From an uncultured Bacilli bacterium (GTDB lineage: Bacteria; Bacillota_I; Bacilli_A; RF39; UBA660), in NCBI GenBank assembly GCA_934122215.1, contig CAKOWF010000001.1, positions 6,995-70,994 on the forward strand: a DNA stretch of 64,000 nucleotides, read 5' to 3'. Position 1 is the stretch's first letter. The number at the start of each line of letters is the position of its first letter. Of this stretch, positions 31,772 through 42,127 are shown piece by piece. Both the position numbers and the translations under genes were made by a program. The notes under the pieces were generated by a model. That model was given only the letters and a program-made list of their open reading frames with translations, ran no database searches and was not told where the DNA came from.

Positions 31772-31823
31772 ACCGCATCTCCTATCATAAAATATGATAT
31801 CAAAAAAAATAGACATTTTCAAT

Positions 31824-32822
31824 CTATTTTTGAATAAACGGAATATTTAAATGATCATATGCTTCTTTAGTAGCAATTCTACCTCTATTTGTTCTTTTAA
31901 GTAAACCTATTTGTAACAAATATGGTTCATATACATCCTCTATAGTTGTTACTTCTTCACCAATTGATGCAGCTAAAGCATCTATACCAACCGGTCCTCC
32001 ATTGAATTTTTCGATTATTGATCTAAGCAAATTATAATCTGTATCATCTAATCCTAATTTATCAACTTTTAGTTTATCTAATGCATATTTTGTTATTTCT
32101 AAATCTATAACATTTTTACCATCTACTAAAGCAAAATCTCTAACTCTTCTAAATAAACGATTTGCTATTCTAGGTGTTCCTCTTGAACGACAAGCTAGTT
32201 CTAAAGCAGCTTCATCATCAATTGGGCTTTCTAAAACTCTGCTTGTTCTTTTAACAATTTCTTTTAATTCATCTACTGTATAGTATTGTAATTTTGATAC
32301 AATTCCAAATCTATCTCTTAGAGGACTAGATAAGTCACCTGCCCTTGTAGTTGCTCCAACTAATGTAAATGGAGGTAAATCTATCCTTATATTTTTTGAA
32401 TTGGAATCATTTCCAACCATAATATCCAACACATAGTCTTCCATAGCTGGATATAGAATTTCTTCTATATATCTAGGCATTCTATGAATTTCATCTATAA
32501 ACAAGACATCCCCTTTTTCTAATGAAGATAATATTGCTGCTAGGTCACCACTTTTTTCAATTGAAGGTCCACTTGCTGTTTTGATATTACTTCCTAATTC
32601 ATTAGCAATAATATAAGCTAATGTTGTTTTACCTAATCCTGGTGGGCCATATAATAAAACGTGATCAAGTGATTCTTCTCTCATTTTGGCTGCTTTTATA
32701 AATATATCTAAGTTTTCTTTTACTTCTTTTTGACCTATATATTCATCTATACTATCTGGGCGAATTGATTGTTCAAAATTGTCTTCTTTTAGTTCTTTTG
32801 ATGTTATAATTCTCTCATCCAT
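31824..32822 (-). CDS. ruvB: Holliday junction branch-migration ATPase
   Basis: 332 aa; Walker [10 protein letters not shown], full RuvB. Confidence 0.95.
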   Translation of the reverse strand: MDERIITSKELKEDNFEQSIRPDSIDEYIGQKEVKENLDIFIKAAKMREESLDHVLLYGPPGLGKTTLAYIIANELGSNIKTASGPSIEKSGDLAAILSSLEKGDVLFIDEIHRMPRYIEEILYPAMEDYVLDIMVGNDSNSKNIRIDLPPFTLVGATTRAGDLSSPLRDRFGIVSKLQYYTVDELKEIVKRTSRVLESPIDDEAALELACRSRGTPRIANRLFRRVRDFALVDGKNVIDLEITKYALDKLKVDKLGLDDTDYNLLRSIIEKFNGGPVGIDALAASIGEEVTTIEDVYEPYLLQIGLLKRTNRGRIATKEAYDHLNIPFIQK

Positions 32823-32837
32823 TTTTTCACCTCAATT

Positions 32838-33386
32838 TTATTTTAAAAATAATTTTAAAGCTTCTCTTACTTGTTCTTCTATTGTATTTGAAGTTACTTT
32901 TGGTAATATTTTATTAATATCTGATTGTTTATACCCTAATGATTTTAAAGTTTCTACCAATTCATCTTTATCATCATTAGATGATACAACTTCCATATTT
33001 AATTTTCCTTTTAAATCTAAAATTATTTGTCTTGCTACCTTATCACCTATTTTTGGGAATTTTTTCAAATATAGAATATTTTCTCTTTCAATAGCATCTT
33101 TTATTCCATCTATTGAACCAGTAGCAAGCATAGGAAGTGCCATTTTACATCCTAAACCTTTAACACTAATTAGTTTTAAAAATAAATTTCTTTCTTCCTT
33201 TGTCTTAAATCCATATAAAGTAATTTCATCTTCTTTTACATTTTGATATATATATATTTTGTATTCTTTTCCAATTTCAAAACTATATGGATTTCCAGTA
33301 TAGATTAAATAACCTATATTATTGTTATTTAAACTAATATAATTACTATCTAATTCTTCTACTTTTCCAATTATAAATTCTATCAT
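32838..33386 (-). CDS. ruvA: Holliday junction DNA helicase subunit RuvA
   Basis: 182 aa; OB-fold N-terminus, HhH pair (KGLGCKMALPML), C-terminal domain III. Immediately upstream of ruvB. Confidence 0.8.
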   Translation of the reverse strand: MIEFIIGKVEELDSNYISLNNNNIGYLIYTGNPYSFEIGKEYKIYIYQNVKEDEITLYGFKTKEERNLFLKLISVKGLGCKMALPMLATGSIDGIKDAIERENILYLKKFPKIGDKVARQIILDLKGKLNMEVVSSNDDKDELVETLKSLGYKQSDINKILPKVTSNTIEEQVREALKLFLK

Positions 33387-33439
33387 ATTTCTAACCTCTG
33401 TTTAATTGTACCACACGTACAGTTGTTCGTCAATATATT

Positions 33440-33955
33440 TTATAGTAAATTACCTATAGTATCAAATATATCAATAATTAAATCATGTATAAAATAGTAC
33501 ATATCTTTTATTTTATTATTTTTTGCTTTTGATGAATTAATAACAAATATTCTACCATCTAAACAATTAATAATTTTAATGTCTTTTGTATATCTTTTAT
33601 ACATATTAAATATTGTTTCATCACTATTTTTGTCTATTACTATAATGTTTCCTTTTGTAATATAAGTGCTATCTTTAACAAATGTATTTTTATACTCTTT
33701 TACCTCTTCAAAATTAACTATGGTATTATTTATTTTATTTTTTTTATAATGTTTTTTTATTTTCTTTATATTTAATCTCTTAGTTTTACCTTTACCTTTT
33801 CCATCTACAACATTACTTGTTAACTCATCACAAAATAAAATATTTTCATTATTATCTATTATTTCTTTCAATTTATTAGAGTAATTACCTATTAACAATA
33901 ATTTACCATTCATGACTTTTATTATTTCTTTTAGTTCATTTTCTATTTTTTTCAT
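33440..33955 (-). CDS. hypothetical protein
   Basis: 171 aa; K/N-rich, no motif. Confidence 0.35.
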   Translation of the reverse strand: MKKIENELKEIIKVMNGKLLLIGNYSNKLKEIIDNNENILFCDELTSNVVDGKGKGKTKRLNIKKIKKHYKKNKINNTIVNFEEVKEYKNTFVKDSTYITKGNIIVIDKNSDETIFNMYKRYTKDIKIINCLDGRIFVINSSKAKNNKIKDMYYFIHDLIIDIFDTIGNLL

Positions 33956-34114
33956 ACAATCATCTCTTATTTATTATATCATGGAAAAAATTTTTTGACA
34001 AAAATTAGATAATAAAAATAAAAAGATAAGAAATAGAAATAATCTACAAACATATTAAAGTTTATAAAAAAAGCAGAACTTTTTTGAATTTAATTTTTAA
34101 GTTCTGTTTTTATT

Positions 34115-35164
34115 TTATAAATGCTTTTCTTGTTCTTCAATATATGTTCCTTCTACAACAATATTTAACACTTTAGTTAAATCTACCTCTTCACCAGTTG
34201 ACAATTTAACAATTGGAGTTAATGGATATCCATCATTATTTTTAATAACTATTGCTTTAGAGTTATCTGATAATTTAACTATAGTTCCAATTGGATAAAT
34301 AGGAAGAAATTTTAAAAATTTTGAAGCAATATCATAATTATATAATTTATCAATAATTCCTTGTTCTATCTGATTTCTTGCTTTTATAGTATCATTTTCT
34401 TTAATTAAGACATCCACATAATCAGAGCAAATATGAATGATTTTAGCAGTATCTCTAATATCACAATTATGATTAATTCCCATTTTTTTGTAAAAGTTTT
34501 GAACAACGCCTGTTCCATTTTCATTTTCTCTATGATAATAAACTGAATGAATTATCATAGGATCGGCGTAGGCTTGTGAAACAGCATATCTTCCCAATAT
34601 TGGATATGTTTCTGAAATTGGTAATTGTAACAAAATTTGTTTTAGTTTTTCTAATTCTTTTTCTAGTATTTTTTCTTTTTCTTTTGGACTTAAAATTAAA
34701 CCAATATCTGATAGTAGTGCTGAAGCAACTAATTTATTTAAACTATCATTATCCATATCAAGTCTTTTTCCCAAACTCAAACATAATTCACATATATTTA
34801 TAGCTCTTTCATAATATGTAGTTTCGCCTATCATTCTATTTAAATCTATTTCTGTAATTTTAAAATTTTCTACTATATCTTTTGCTATATCTTGTGTCTT
34901 TTGAACATCTTTTTGTTCCAATGCATTAATTGCCATATACTTTATCTGTGCTGGTATAGATTCATCAATTTGGACATCTTTTGATATTTCATCTTCAACA
35001 TAGATTCCATTAATTTTTCTCTCTTTTAATTTTGAAATAATATATTCTGATAAAATAGTATTATTTGCTTTTAATAAAATGTTTCCTTTAATATCTGTTA
35101 TATCTTTAGCTAGTACATTTCCAGCTTTTAATTCATCTGTTTTTACATATCTCATCGTTTTCAC
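34115..35164 (-). CDS. HD-GYP-like domain protein with degenerate catalytic motifs
   Basis: 349 aa; HD-GYP layout but H..H->YERAINICE, HD->SD (ALLSDIGL), HHE.DGSGYP->YHRENENGTG. Metal ligands largely replaced. Confidence 0.5.
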   Translation of the reverse strand: MKTMRYVKTDELKAGNVLAKDITDIKGNILLKANNTILSEYIISKLKERKINGIYVEDEISKDVQIDESIPAQIKYMAINALEQKDVQKTQDIAKDIVENFKITEIDLNRMIGETTYYERAINICELCLSLGKRLDMDNDSLNKLVASALLSDIGLILSPKEKEKILEKELEKLKQILLQLPISETYPILGRYAVSQAYADPMIIHSVYYHRENENGTGVVQNFYKKMGINHNCDIRDTAKIIHICSDYVDVLIKENDTIKARNQIEQGIIDKLYNYDIASKFLKFLPIYPIGTIVKLSDNSKAIVIKNNDGYPLTPIVKLSTGEEVDLTKVLNIVVEGTYIEEQEKHL

Positions 35165-35199
35165 CTACCATAATTAGATTATAAAGTATTAGTTCTAAA

Positions 35200-37728
35200 C
35201 TAATACTTTTCTAATTGATTAATAATATTTTGTAAATTATTTTCTTCTTTTAATAAATCTTCTTTTTCTTTTTCTACTATATTTTGTGGTGCCTTTGAAG
35301 TATAATTTTCATTACTTAATAATTTTTTTCTTCTTTCAATAGAATTTTCTAATCTTTCTTTTTCTTTTAATAAATTATTTTTTTCTTCTTCTAAGTTTTT
35401 AGTATTATCAAATATATAGTATATAGTATATCCATTATAACTAATACTATTATCACTTATTTCATCTGTTAAATTTTCACTTTTTACCTTTAACATATTT
35501 AGTATTAATTCTTCATATTTACCACTATAATTTACTTTTGAATCACTTGGAATATTATTTTCTTGTTTATAATTTCTTACTTTTACAATAAATTCCATTA
35601 TATTATTCATATCATTTGTTTCAAATTTGAATTCTTCTTTATATTTAGGATATGAACTTATCATAATTGATTCATCATGTATTGGTAACATTAAATATAT
35701 TTCTTCTGTTACAAAAGGCATAAATGGATGTAATAGTTTTAATATATCTGTTAAAACTGTAAATAATACTGTTTTAGTTGTGTTATTATTATTAAATTTT
35801 GATAGTTCAATATACCAACTACAAAAATCATCCCAAATAAAATTGTATAATTCAGTACCTACTACATTAAATTCATATTTTTCCATATGATTTCTTACTT
35901 TTAATATTACTTCATTTAATCTATTTAATATCCATTTATCTTGTAAAGTTAAATTTTCTAAAGTTTTATTTTTTTCTTCAAATCCTTCTAAATTCATTAA
36001 TACAAATCTTGAAGCATTCCATAATTTGTTAATAAAATTCCATGTAGAAGCTACTTTTTCTTCATCATATCTTAAATCCATTCCAGGAGATGATGATGAT
36101 GCTAGAAAGAATCTTAATGAATCAGTACCATATTTTTCTGCCACTTCCATAGGATCTACTCCATTACCTAAAGATTTAGACATTTTTCTTCCTTCTTTAT
36201 CTCTAATTAATCCATGAATTAAGCAATCTTTAAATGGTCTAGTATTTGTAAAATGTAATCCTTGAAAAGTCATTCTATTTACCCAAAAAGGTATAATATC
36301 ATAACCTGTTACTAAAACATTATTTGGATAATATCTCTTTAATAATTCTGTATTTTCTGGCCAACCTAAAGTTGAAAAAGGCCAAAGTGCACTTGAAAAC
36401 CAAGTATCTAATACATCATTATCTTGAGTCCAACCATCTTCAGTTGGAGCTGTTTCACCAACATAAATTTTGTCCCCCTTATACCAAGCAGGAATTCTAT
36501 GACCCCACCATAATTGTCTTGATATACACCAATCATATGTAATTTCCATCCAGTGATTCATTACTTTCTCAAATCTTTCTGGTACAAAGTTTACTTTTGT
36601 TTCACTATCTTTTTGATTTTCTAGTACTTTATCTGCTAAAGGTCTCATTTTGACAAACCATTGTTTAGATAATCTAGGTTCTACCATAACATCTGTTCTT
36701 TCAGAATGCCCTACACTATGAGTCATTTTTTCTATTTTGATTAATATATCTTTTTCTTTTAACTCTTCTACAAGTTTTTCTCTACATAAAAATCTATCCA
36801 TGCCATTATAATGAAGAGCATTTTCATTCATTGTTCCGTCTTCATTCATGACATTTATTCTTTCTAAATTATGTCTATTTCCTACTTCAAAATCGTTAGG
36901 ATCATGTGCTGGAGTAATTTTAACTACACCTGTTCCAAATTCTGGATCAGCATGTTCATCCCCTACGATTGGAATTAATTTATTAACTATTGGCAATATT
37001 ACATTTTTTCCTATATATTTATTGTATCTTTCATCACTAGGATTTACTGCTACTGCTGTATCTCCAAATAATGTTTCAGGACGAGTTGTTGCCACTTCTA
37101 AATAATCATTAGTACCTTCTATATAATATTTTAAATGATAAAATGCTCCTTCTACATCTTTATATATAACCTCTTCTGTAGATAAAGCTGTCCTAGCTAA
37201 TGGATCCCAATTTATTATTCTTTCTCCTCTATAAATTAATCCTTCATTGTATAATGTAACAAATACTTTTTTGACTGCACTTGATAATCCTTCATCCAAA
37301 GTAAATCTTTCTTTTGAATAGTCTAAACTTAGTCCTAAAGTTGCCCATTGATTATGAATATTTTCTGCATATTCTTTTTTCCAAGCCCAAGCATGTTCTA
37401 ACCATTCTTCTCTTGTTAAACTTCTTGGATCTATTCCCATTTCTTTTAGTTTTTTATCTACTTTTGCTTGTGTAGCAATTCCAGCATGATCCATACCAGG
37501 AAGCCATAATGCATCATATCCATCCATTCTTTTATAACGAATCATTATATCTTGTAAAGTAGTATCCCAAGCATGTCCTAAGTGTAACTTGCCTGTTACA
37601 TTTGGTGGTGGTATTACTATTGAATATGATTTTTTTGATAAATCTCCTGCTTCAAAGTATCCTTTTTGTTTCCAATTTTCATATTTATTTTTTTCTACTT
37701 CTAAATGATTATATTTTTTATCTAACAT
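35200..37728 (-). CDS. valS: valine--tRNA ligase
   Basis: 842 aa; HIGH ([15 protein letters not shown]), KMSKS (KMSKSLGN), C-terminal coiled coil. Confidence 0.95.
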   Translation of the reverse strand: MLDKKYNHLEVEKNKYENWKQKGYFEAGDLSKKSYSIVIPPPNVTGKLHLGHAWDTTLQDIMIRYKRMDGYDALWLPGMDHAGIATQAKVDKKLKEMGIDPRSLTREEWLEHAWAWKKEYAENIHNQWATLGLSLDYSKERFTLDEGLSSAVKKVFVTLYNEGLIYRGERIINWDPLARTALSTEEVIYKDVEGAFYHLKYYIEGTNDYLEVATTRPETLFGDTAVAVNPSDERYNKYIGKNVILPIVNKLIPIVGDEHADPEFGTGVVKITPAHDPNDFEVGNRHNLERINVMNEDGTMNENALHYNGMDRFLCREKLVEELKEKDILIKIEKMTHSVGHSERTDVMVEPRLSKQWFVKMRPLADKVLENQKDSETKVNFVPERFEKVMNHWMEITYDWCISRQLWWGHRIPAWYKGDKIYVGETAPTEDGWTQDNDVLDTWFSSALWPFSTLGWPENTELLKRYYPNNVLVTGYDIIPFWVNRMTFQGLHFTNTRPFKDCLIHGLIRDKEGRKMSKSLGNGVDPMEVAEKYGTDSLRFFLASSSSPGMDLRYDEEKVASTWNFINKLWNASRFVLMNLEGFEEKNKTLENLTLQDKWILNRLNEVILKVRNHMEKYEFNVVGTELYNFIWDDFCSWYIELSKFNNNNTTKTVLFTVLTDILKLLHPFMPFVTEEIYLMLPIHDESIMISSYPKYKEEFKFETNDMNNIMEFIVKVRNYKQENNIPSDSKVNYSGKYEELILNMLKVKSENLTDEISDNSISYNGYTIYYIFDNTKNLEEEKNNLLKEKERLENSIERRKKLLSNENYTSKAPQNIVEKEKEDLLKEENNLQNIINQLEKY

Positions 37729-37740
37729 ATATTCAATCTC

Positions 37741-38220
37741 CTATCTCTCATAATTTAACTTTTTTACTAAAACTTTAATTGCCTCTTTATCTTCTTTTTT
37801 AGCCATCTTTCCTAATCTTAAAAATTCTTCAGCAGTTAATAAATGAGGTATAATATTTTCTTTTTCTAAATCATTTAAAATACTATTAATAAAATCTGAA
37901 TTAAACTCCATAAAATATGTATAATATTCATTAATTGATTCAAAACAACATTTTTTTAATTTATTATTACTTGTTTTAAAACGCTCATAATAACCAACTA
38001 ATCTTACTAATTCTTCTTCATCTTTTAATAATGGCTTAAATACATTATCAAATAAAGTAATTGTATATCCACTTGAATAATTAACATTCTTAGGTAATCT
38101 AATTGCATTACTTACTTTTAAAAATAATATTTTATTTTCACTATTATATAATATATATTTTTTCTTAAGTACTGTTTCTATAACTGGATAATTTGCTTTT
38201 TTTATTATTATTGTATTCAT
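37741..38220 (-). CDS. hypothetical protein encoded between T-box leader and valS
   Basis: 159 aa; strong RBS AGGAGGAATAT-ATG directly after the T-box terminator. 12-nt gap to valS. Confidence 0.5.
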   Translation of the reverse strand: MNTIIIKKANYPVIETVLKKKYILYNSENKILFLKVSNAIRLPKNVNYSSGYTITLFDNVFKPLLKDEEELVRLVGYYERFKTSNNKLKKCCFESINEYYTYFMEFNSDFINSILNDLEKENIIPHLLTAEEFLRLGKMAKKEDKEAIKVLVKKLNYER

Positions 38221-38224
38221 ATAT

Positions 38225-38440
38225 TCCTCCTATATAAAAAATCACATCCTATATAAGGACGTGATTTACGTGGTACCACCTTAATTTAATAGTATTTCTA
38301 CTATTCTCAATGTCTTAATGCGACTAACAATATATCCTACTACTATTTCAGATATATAACTCACAAGCTACCTTCTATATTCTATATTATTCATTTCCAC
38401 CAACCATGAACTCTCTTTAAATATAATAATATATACTCCT
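38225..38440 (-). promoter_or_regulatory. T-box riboswitch leader (valS-type)
   Basis: Minus-strand AATTAAGGTGGTACCACG (38286..38269) matches T-box consensus AATTAGGGTGGNACCGCG. Followed by terminator hairpin AAATCACGTCC..GGATGTGATTTTTT. Stem-I-like AGAGAG/GAA region upstream. Possible TTGAAA-n18-TATATA promoter at ~38430-38459. Confidence 0.6.
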
Positions 38441-38499
38441 CTTGTTCCTCGTTTTTCAAATTAAATTAATTTTAACACAATTATTTCATAAAATCAACA

Positions 38500-40782
38500 C
38501 TATTCAGTTCTAAGTGCTACAACAGGATCTTTTTTACTAGCAATTCTTGAAGGTATAGCTCCACCTATTACTGTTAAACATATACTTATAATTATTAATG
38601 TAATAGCATGTATTATATTTAATTTTGCTACATTTGGAAGACCTGATATATTTTTTATTATCATGTTTATTGGAATATTAAGTAAATATGTTATCCCAAT
38701 TCCTATTATTCCTGAAACTAGACCTATTATAAATGTTTCAGCATTGAATACTCTTTTTATATCTTTTGCTCTAGCACCTAGCGCTCTTAAAATACCTATT
38801 TCTCTTGTTCTTTCTAATACTGATATATAAGTGATTATACCAATCATTATGCTAGAAACTACTAGTGAAATGGATGAAAATGCTACCAAAACTACCGTTA
38901 TAGCATCCATTATTCCACCAGATAATGATGATATCATACTAGCCATATCTGTATATTGAATTTGTTCTTCTTCATTTAATTCCTTATTATAATTATCTAA
39001 ATATTCTATGATTTTTTCTTTGGTATTAAAATCTTTTGGATACAAATAAATAGCTACAGGTATTGTATCATCGCCTAAATAACCTAGAATATAATCTTTT
39101 GTAATATTTTCATCAAATGGCATATTAGTTAAAATATTATAATCTTTTTCTTTTTGTAATTTAACTATATTTGAATTTTTATTATTGTTTATTATTAGTT
39201 CTGTTAAAGCATTAGTATATGCAAATCCACTACCATTTGTTATCATAGCTTGTTCTTCTTTTCCTCTAATAATTGCTTGAACTTTTATAGTGATACTATT
39301 ATTACTATTATATAATTCTTCTAAATTACTATTAGGATAAAAAACATCTCCTATTTGTTTATAGTAGTCATCATTTATAATTAATTTTAATTCTTGATTT
39401 AAAATATCATCAAAAGTTAATGATTCTTTGTTTTCTAGTCCTAATACTTCTAAAACTGATTCATATATTTGATTTTTATTATCAACTTGTAAAACTAAAC
39501 CAGGCTCATCATCTTTTATTTCACCAGCTAATACATCGTACATTGTATCAATTACACTATTTTCATTATCATTTGGATTACTTGGTAATAAACTCCAAGA
39601 TTGAGCACCTGAATTTAAAGTACTTACTAAATTGTAATTACCATTATAATCTTTATTTACAATTATTAAATTTGTTCCTTTTTGATAAGCAATTCCAGAT
39701 AAATTAGTTTTATCTAAATTTTCTATATATTCTATATATTTTGATGTAATAATATTTTTATGAACTTGTGATGTCATAATGTCTTTTTCTACATATATAT
39801 TACTACCATTTGGAAATTTTTCACGATTATTTGCTTCTATTATAGTACTCTTCATAGCTGTATTAGTAATAGTTATTGGTGCTTGAGATAATGATTTTTT
39901 TTCAAAATTATCTATTTCTACTTTAAAACCATTCGATAATGATAATATTAATGCTATACCTATTATTCCAATAGATCCAGCAAATGATGTTAATATAGTT
40001 CTTCCTTTTTTTGTCATTAAATTATTTAAACTTAATGATAAAGCTGTTAAAAAGGACATAGAAGTTTTTTTGGTTTTACTTTTATTTATTATTTTATCTT
40101 CTCCATCAAATGGATTTGAATCATCTATAATTTTTCCATCTAATATTTTAATTATTCTATTTGAATAAATAGTTGCCAATTCAGGATTATGTGTAACCAT
40201 AATAACTAATTTTTCTTTTGAAATATTTTTTAATAATTCCATTATTTGAATACTTGTTTCAGAATCTAAAGCACCAGTTGGTTCATCTGCTAGCAAAATA
40301 TCTGGATTATTTATAAGTGCTCTGGCTATAGCAACCCTTTGCATTTGTCCTCCAGACATTTGATTTGGTCTTTTATGCATATGGTGTTCAAGTCCAACAC
40401 GTTTTAAAACGTCTATTGCTCTTTTTCTTCTTTCTTCTTTTTTTACACCTGATAAAGTTAAAGCAAGTTCTACATTAGAAAGTGCTGATTGATGTGGTAT
40501 TAAATTATAACTTTGAAATACAAATCCCACTTTATGATTACGATATGCATCAAAATCCTTATCATTATATTTTTTAGTTGATACACCATTTATAATTAAA
40601 TCACCACTAGAATACTTATCTAATCCACCTATTATATTTAACAAAGTTGTCTTACCACTACCACTTGGACCTAATATAGAAACAAATTCATTTTTTCTAA
40701 ATTTTACGTTTATATTTTTTAAAGCTGTTTGTTTTAAATCATTTGTTTTGTATATTTTATTAATATTTTTTAATTCTAACAT
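38500..40782 (-). CDS. fused ABC transporter ATP-binding/permease protein (MacB/FtsX-type)
   Basis: 760 aa; N-terminal ABC ATPase (GPSGSGKTT, LSGGQMQRVAIARAL, LLADEPTGALD), then 4-TM FtsX permease with ~380-aa extracytoplasmic domain. Confidence 0.75.
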   Translation of the reverse strand: MLELKNINKIYKTNDLKQTALKNINVKFRKNEFVSILGPSGSGKTTLLNIIGGLDKYSSGDLIINGVSTKKYNDKDFDAYRNHKVGFVFQSYNLIPHQSALSNVELALTLSGVKKEERRKRAIDVLKRVGLEHHMHKRPNQMSGGQMQRVAIARALINNPDILLADEPTGALDSETSIQIMELLKNISKEKLVIMVTHNPELATIYSNRIIKILDGKIIDDSNPFDGEDKIINKSKTKKTSMSFLTALSLSLNNLMTKKGRTILTSFAGSIGIIGIALILSLSNGFKVEIDNFEKKSLSQAPITITNTAMKSTIIEANNREKFPNGSNIYVEKDIMTSQVHKNIITSKYIEYIENLDKTNLSGIAYQKGTNLIIVNKDYNGNYNLVSTLNSGAQSWSLLPSNPNDNENSVIDTMYDVLAGEIKDDEPGLVLQVDNKNQIYESVLEVLGLENKESLTFDDILNQELKLIINDDYYKQIGDVFYPNSNLEELYNSNNSITIKVQAIIRGKEEQAMITNGSGFAYTNALTELIINNNKNSNIVKLQKEKDYNILTNMPFDENITKDYILGYLGDDTIPVAIYLYPKDFNTKEKIIEYLDNYNKELNEEEQIQYTDMASMISSLSGGIMDAITVVLVAFSSISLVVSSIMIGIITYISVLERTREIGILRALGARAKDIKRVFNAETFIIGLVSGIIGIGITYLLNIPINMIIKNISGLPNVAKLNIIHAITLIIISICLTVIGGAIPSRIASKKDPVVALRTE

Positions 40783-40879
40783 ATATTCATCCTTTCTTTT
40801 TATTATATTTATTTCAATTTCATCATAGACTTTATTTTATATTAATTTTTTTTATATGTAAAGAAAAAGATAAACTTTA

Positions 40880-41218
40880 TTATCTTTTCTTACATCCATT
40901 AAAATGTCCATTTTCATCTTTACATATAATATTTATTGTTGATGATTTTTTACCACCTTTAATATTACCATCTATTTTATTTTGTTTTCTCATTTCTTGA
41001 ATCTTTTCATATTCTTCTTGACTTATATAATCTTTTATTCTTTTTCCAGTCAAATCTCTTCCAACAGTACTAGATGAAGTAACAAATCCCTCCATTGATA
41101 CTAGTCTAGCTAGATATTCATCACTAATTTTACCTTCATTTTCATAAAATAATTTTAATGTTATTAATATTCTCTCTTCTATTTTAATCTTTTGCTCTCT
41201 ACTTATCATATAACTCAC
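40880..41218 (-). CDS. small putative DNA-binding protein (DeoR-type HTH-like)
   Basis: 112 aa; ISDEYLARLVSMEGFVTSSSTVGRDL resembles DeoR-type HTH (..TIRRDL). Confidence 0.3.
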   Translation of the reverse strand: MSYMISREQKIKIEERILITLKLFYENEGKISDEYLARLVSMEGFVTSSSTVGRDLTGKRIKDYISQEEYEKIQEMRKQNKIDGNIKGGKKSSTINIICKDENGHFNGCKKR

Positions 41219-41320
41219 CTGCTTTTTAGTATACTATAAACTTTTAATTTTTAAAAGATGTATATTTAAATTATGCGTATTTGAACATTTTTCATATTCT
41301 ATACTAAGGAGGAAAATATT

Positions 41321-41986
41321 ATGAAATGTAATAATAATGATGAAATATATAAAAAAGCATTAAAAAAAATAGATTGGGAAAAGAAATACAATTTAGTAAT
41401 TGTTGGGCCAACTGGTCCTACTGGACCACAAGGTGAAATTGGTCCTACTGGACCACAAGGTGAAATTGGGCCAACTGGTCCTACTAGTTCATCTAGTAAT
41501 ACAGATCGTTCTGCTTATTTAGTAACTTTTAATGACGACAGTAATGAAATAAATATTCCAATTCTCACTAAATTACCAATCAAACGAAAAGAACTAGATT
41601 TAACTAATTTGATAACACTTGAAAACAATGCCATTAAATTTAACGTGATAGGATATTACCATATAAGTATTATAGTTTCAACTTTTATTAAAAATATTCA
41701 ATCTAATCCTAAAACTGATTTTATAACTATAGGACTTAGAAAAAATAATACAGATAATATATATATTGGAGCTAGTTTGTTTAAAGATAATGAATTACCT
41801 TCACAAATAAAAGCAGAAGGTATGATAGCAGTTGTAGACACAAAAGACACTTATGAACTTGCTAACTTAAGTAATCAGACAATATATCTAAATTCTCCTG
41901 ATTTAAATGATATTAGTTCTAATTCTTATTTTACTAATTCACTAGTAACAATATTTATTGAATATTTAGGAAAGCAAGAAATTTAA
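41321..41986 (+). CDS. collagen-like triple-helix-repeat protein with C-terminal globular domain (BclA-like)
   Basis: 221 aa; [48 protein letters not shown] (9 GXX triplets), then ~160-aa beta-rich domain. Confidence 0.6.
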   Translation: MKCNNNDEIYKKALKKIDWEKKYNLVIVGPTGPTGPQGEIGPTGPQGEIGPTGPTSSSSNTDRSAYLVTFNDDSNEINIPILTKLPIKRKELDLTNLITLENNAIKFNVIGYYHISIIVSTFIKNIQSNPKTDFITIGLRKNNTDNIYIGASLFKDNELPSQIKAEGMIAVVDTKDTYELANLSNQTIYLNSPDLNDISSNSYFTNSLVTIFIEYLGKQEI

Positions 41987-42127
41987 AAAGAAGCTAATTT
42001 AAGTTTCTTTTTTATTATTTTATCATTTGATATATTAATCGTTTTTAATACTTCTTTTATTTTTATTCAATTTTTTATCATTTCTTCATTTTTTCCATTA
42101 TTCAATTTATAAATATTGTATTTTGAT

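Noticed and set aside
31772-31822. 17 extra N-terminal codons (MKMSIFFDIIFYDRRCG) on the giant pilin in the ORF track
   Set aside because: They would bury the prepilin leader. AGGAGA plus ATG at 31771 gives the canonical short leader MKKG|FTLIE.
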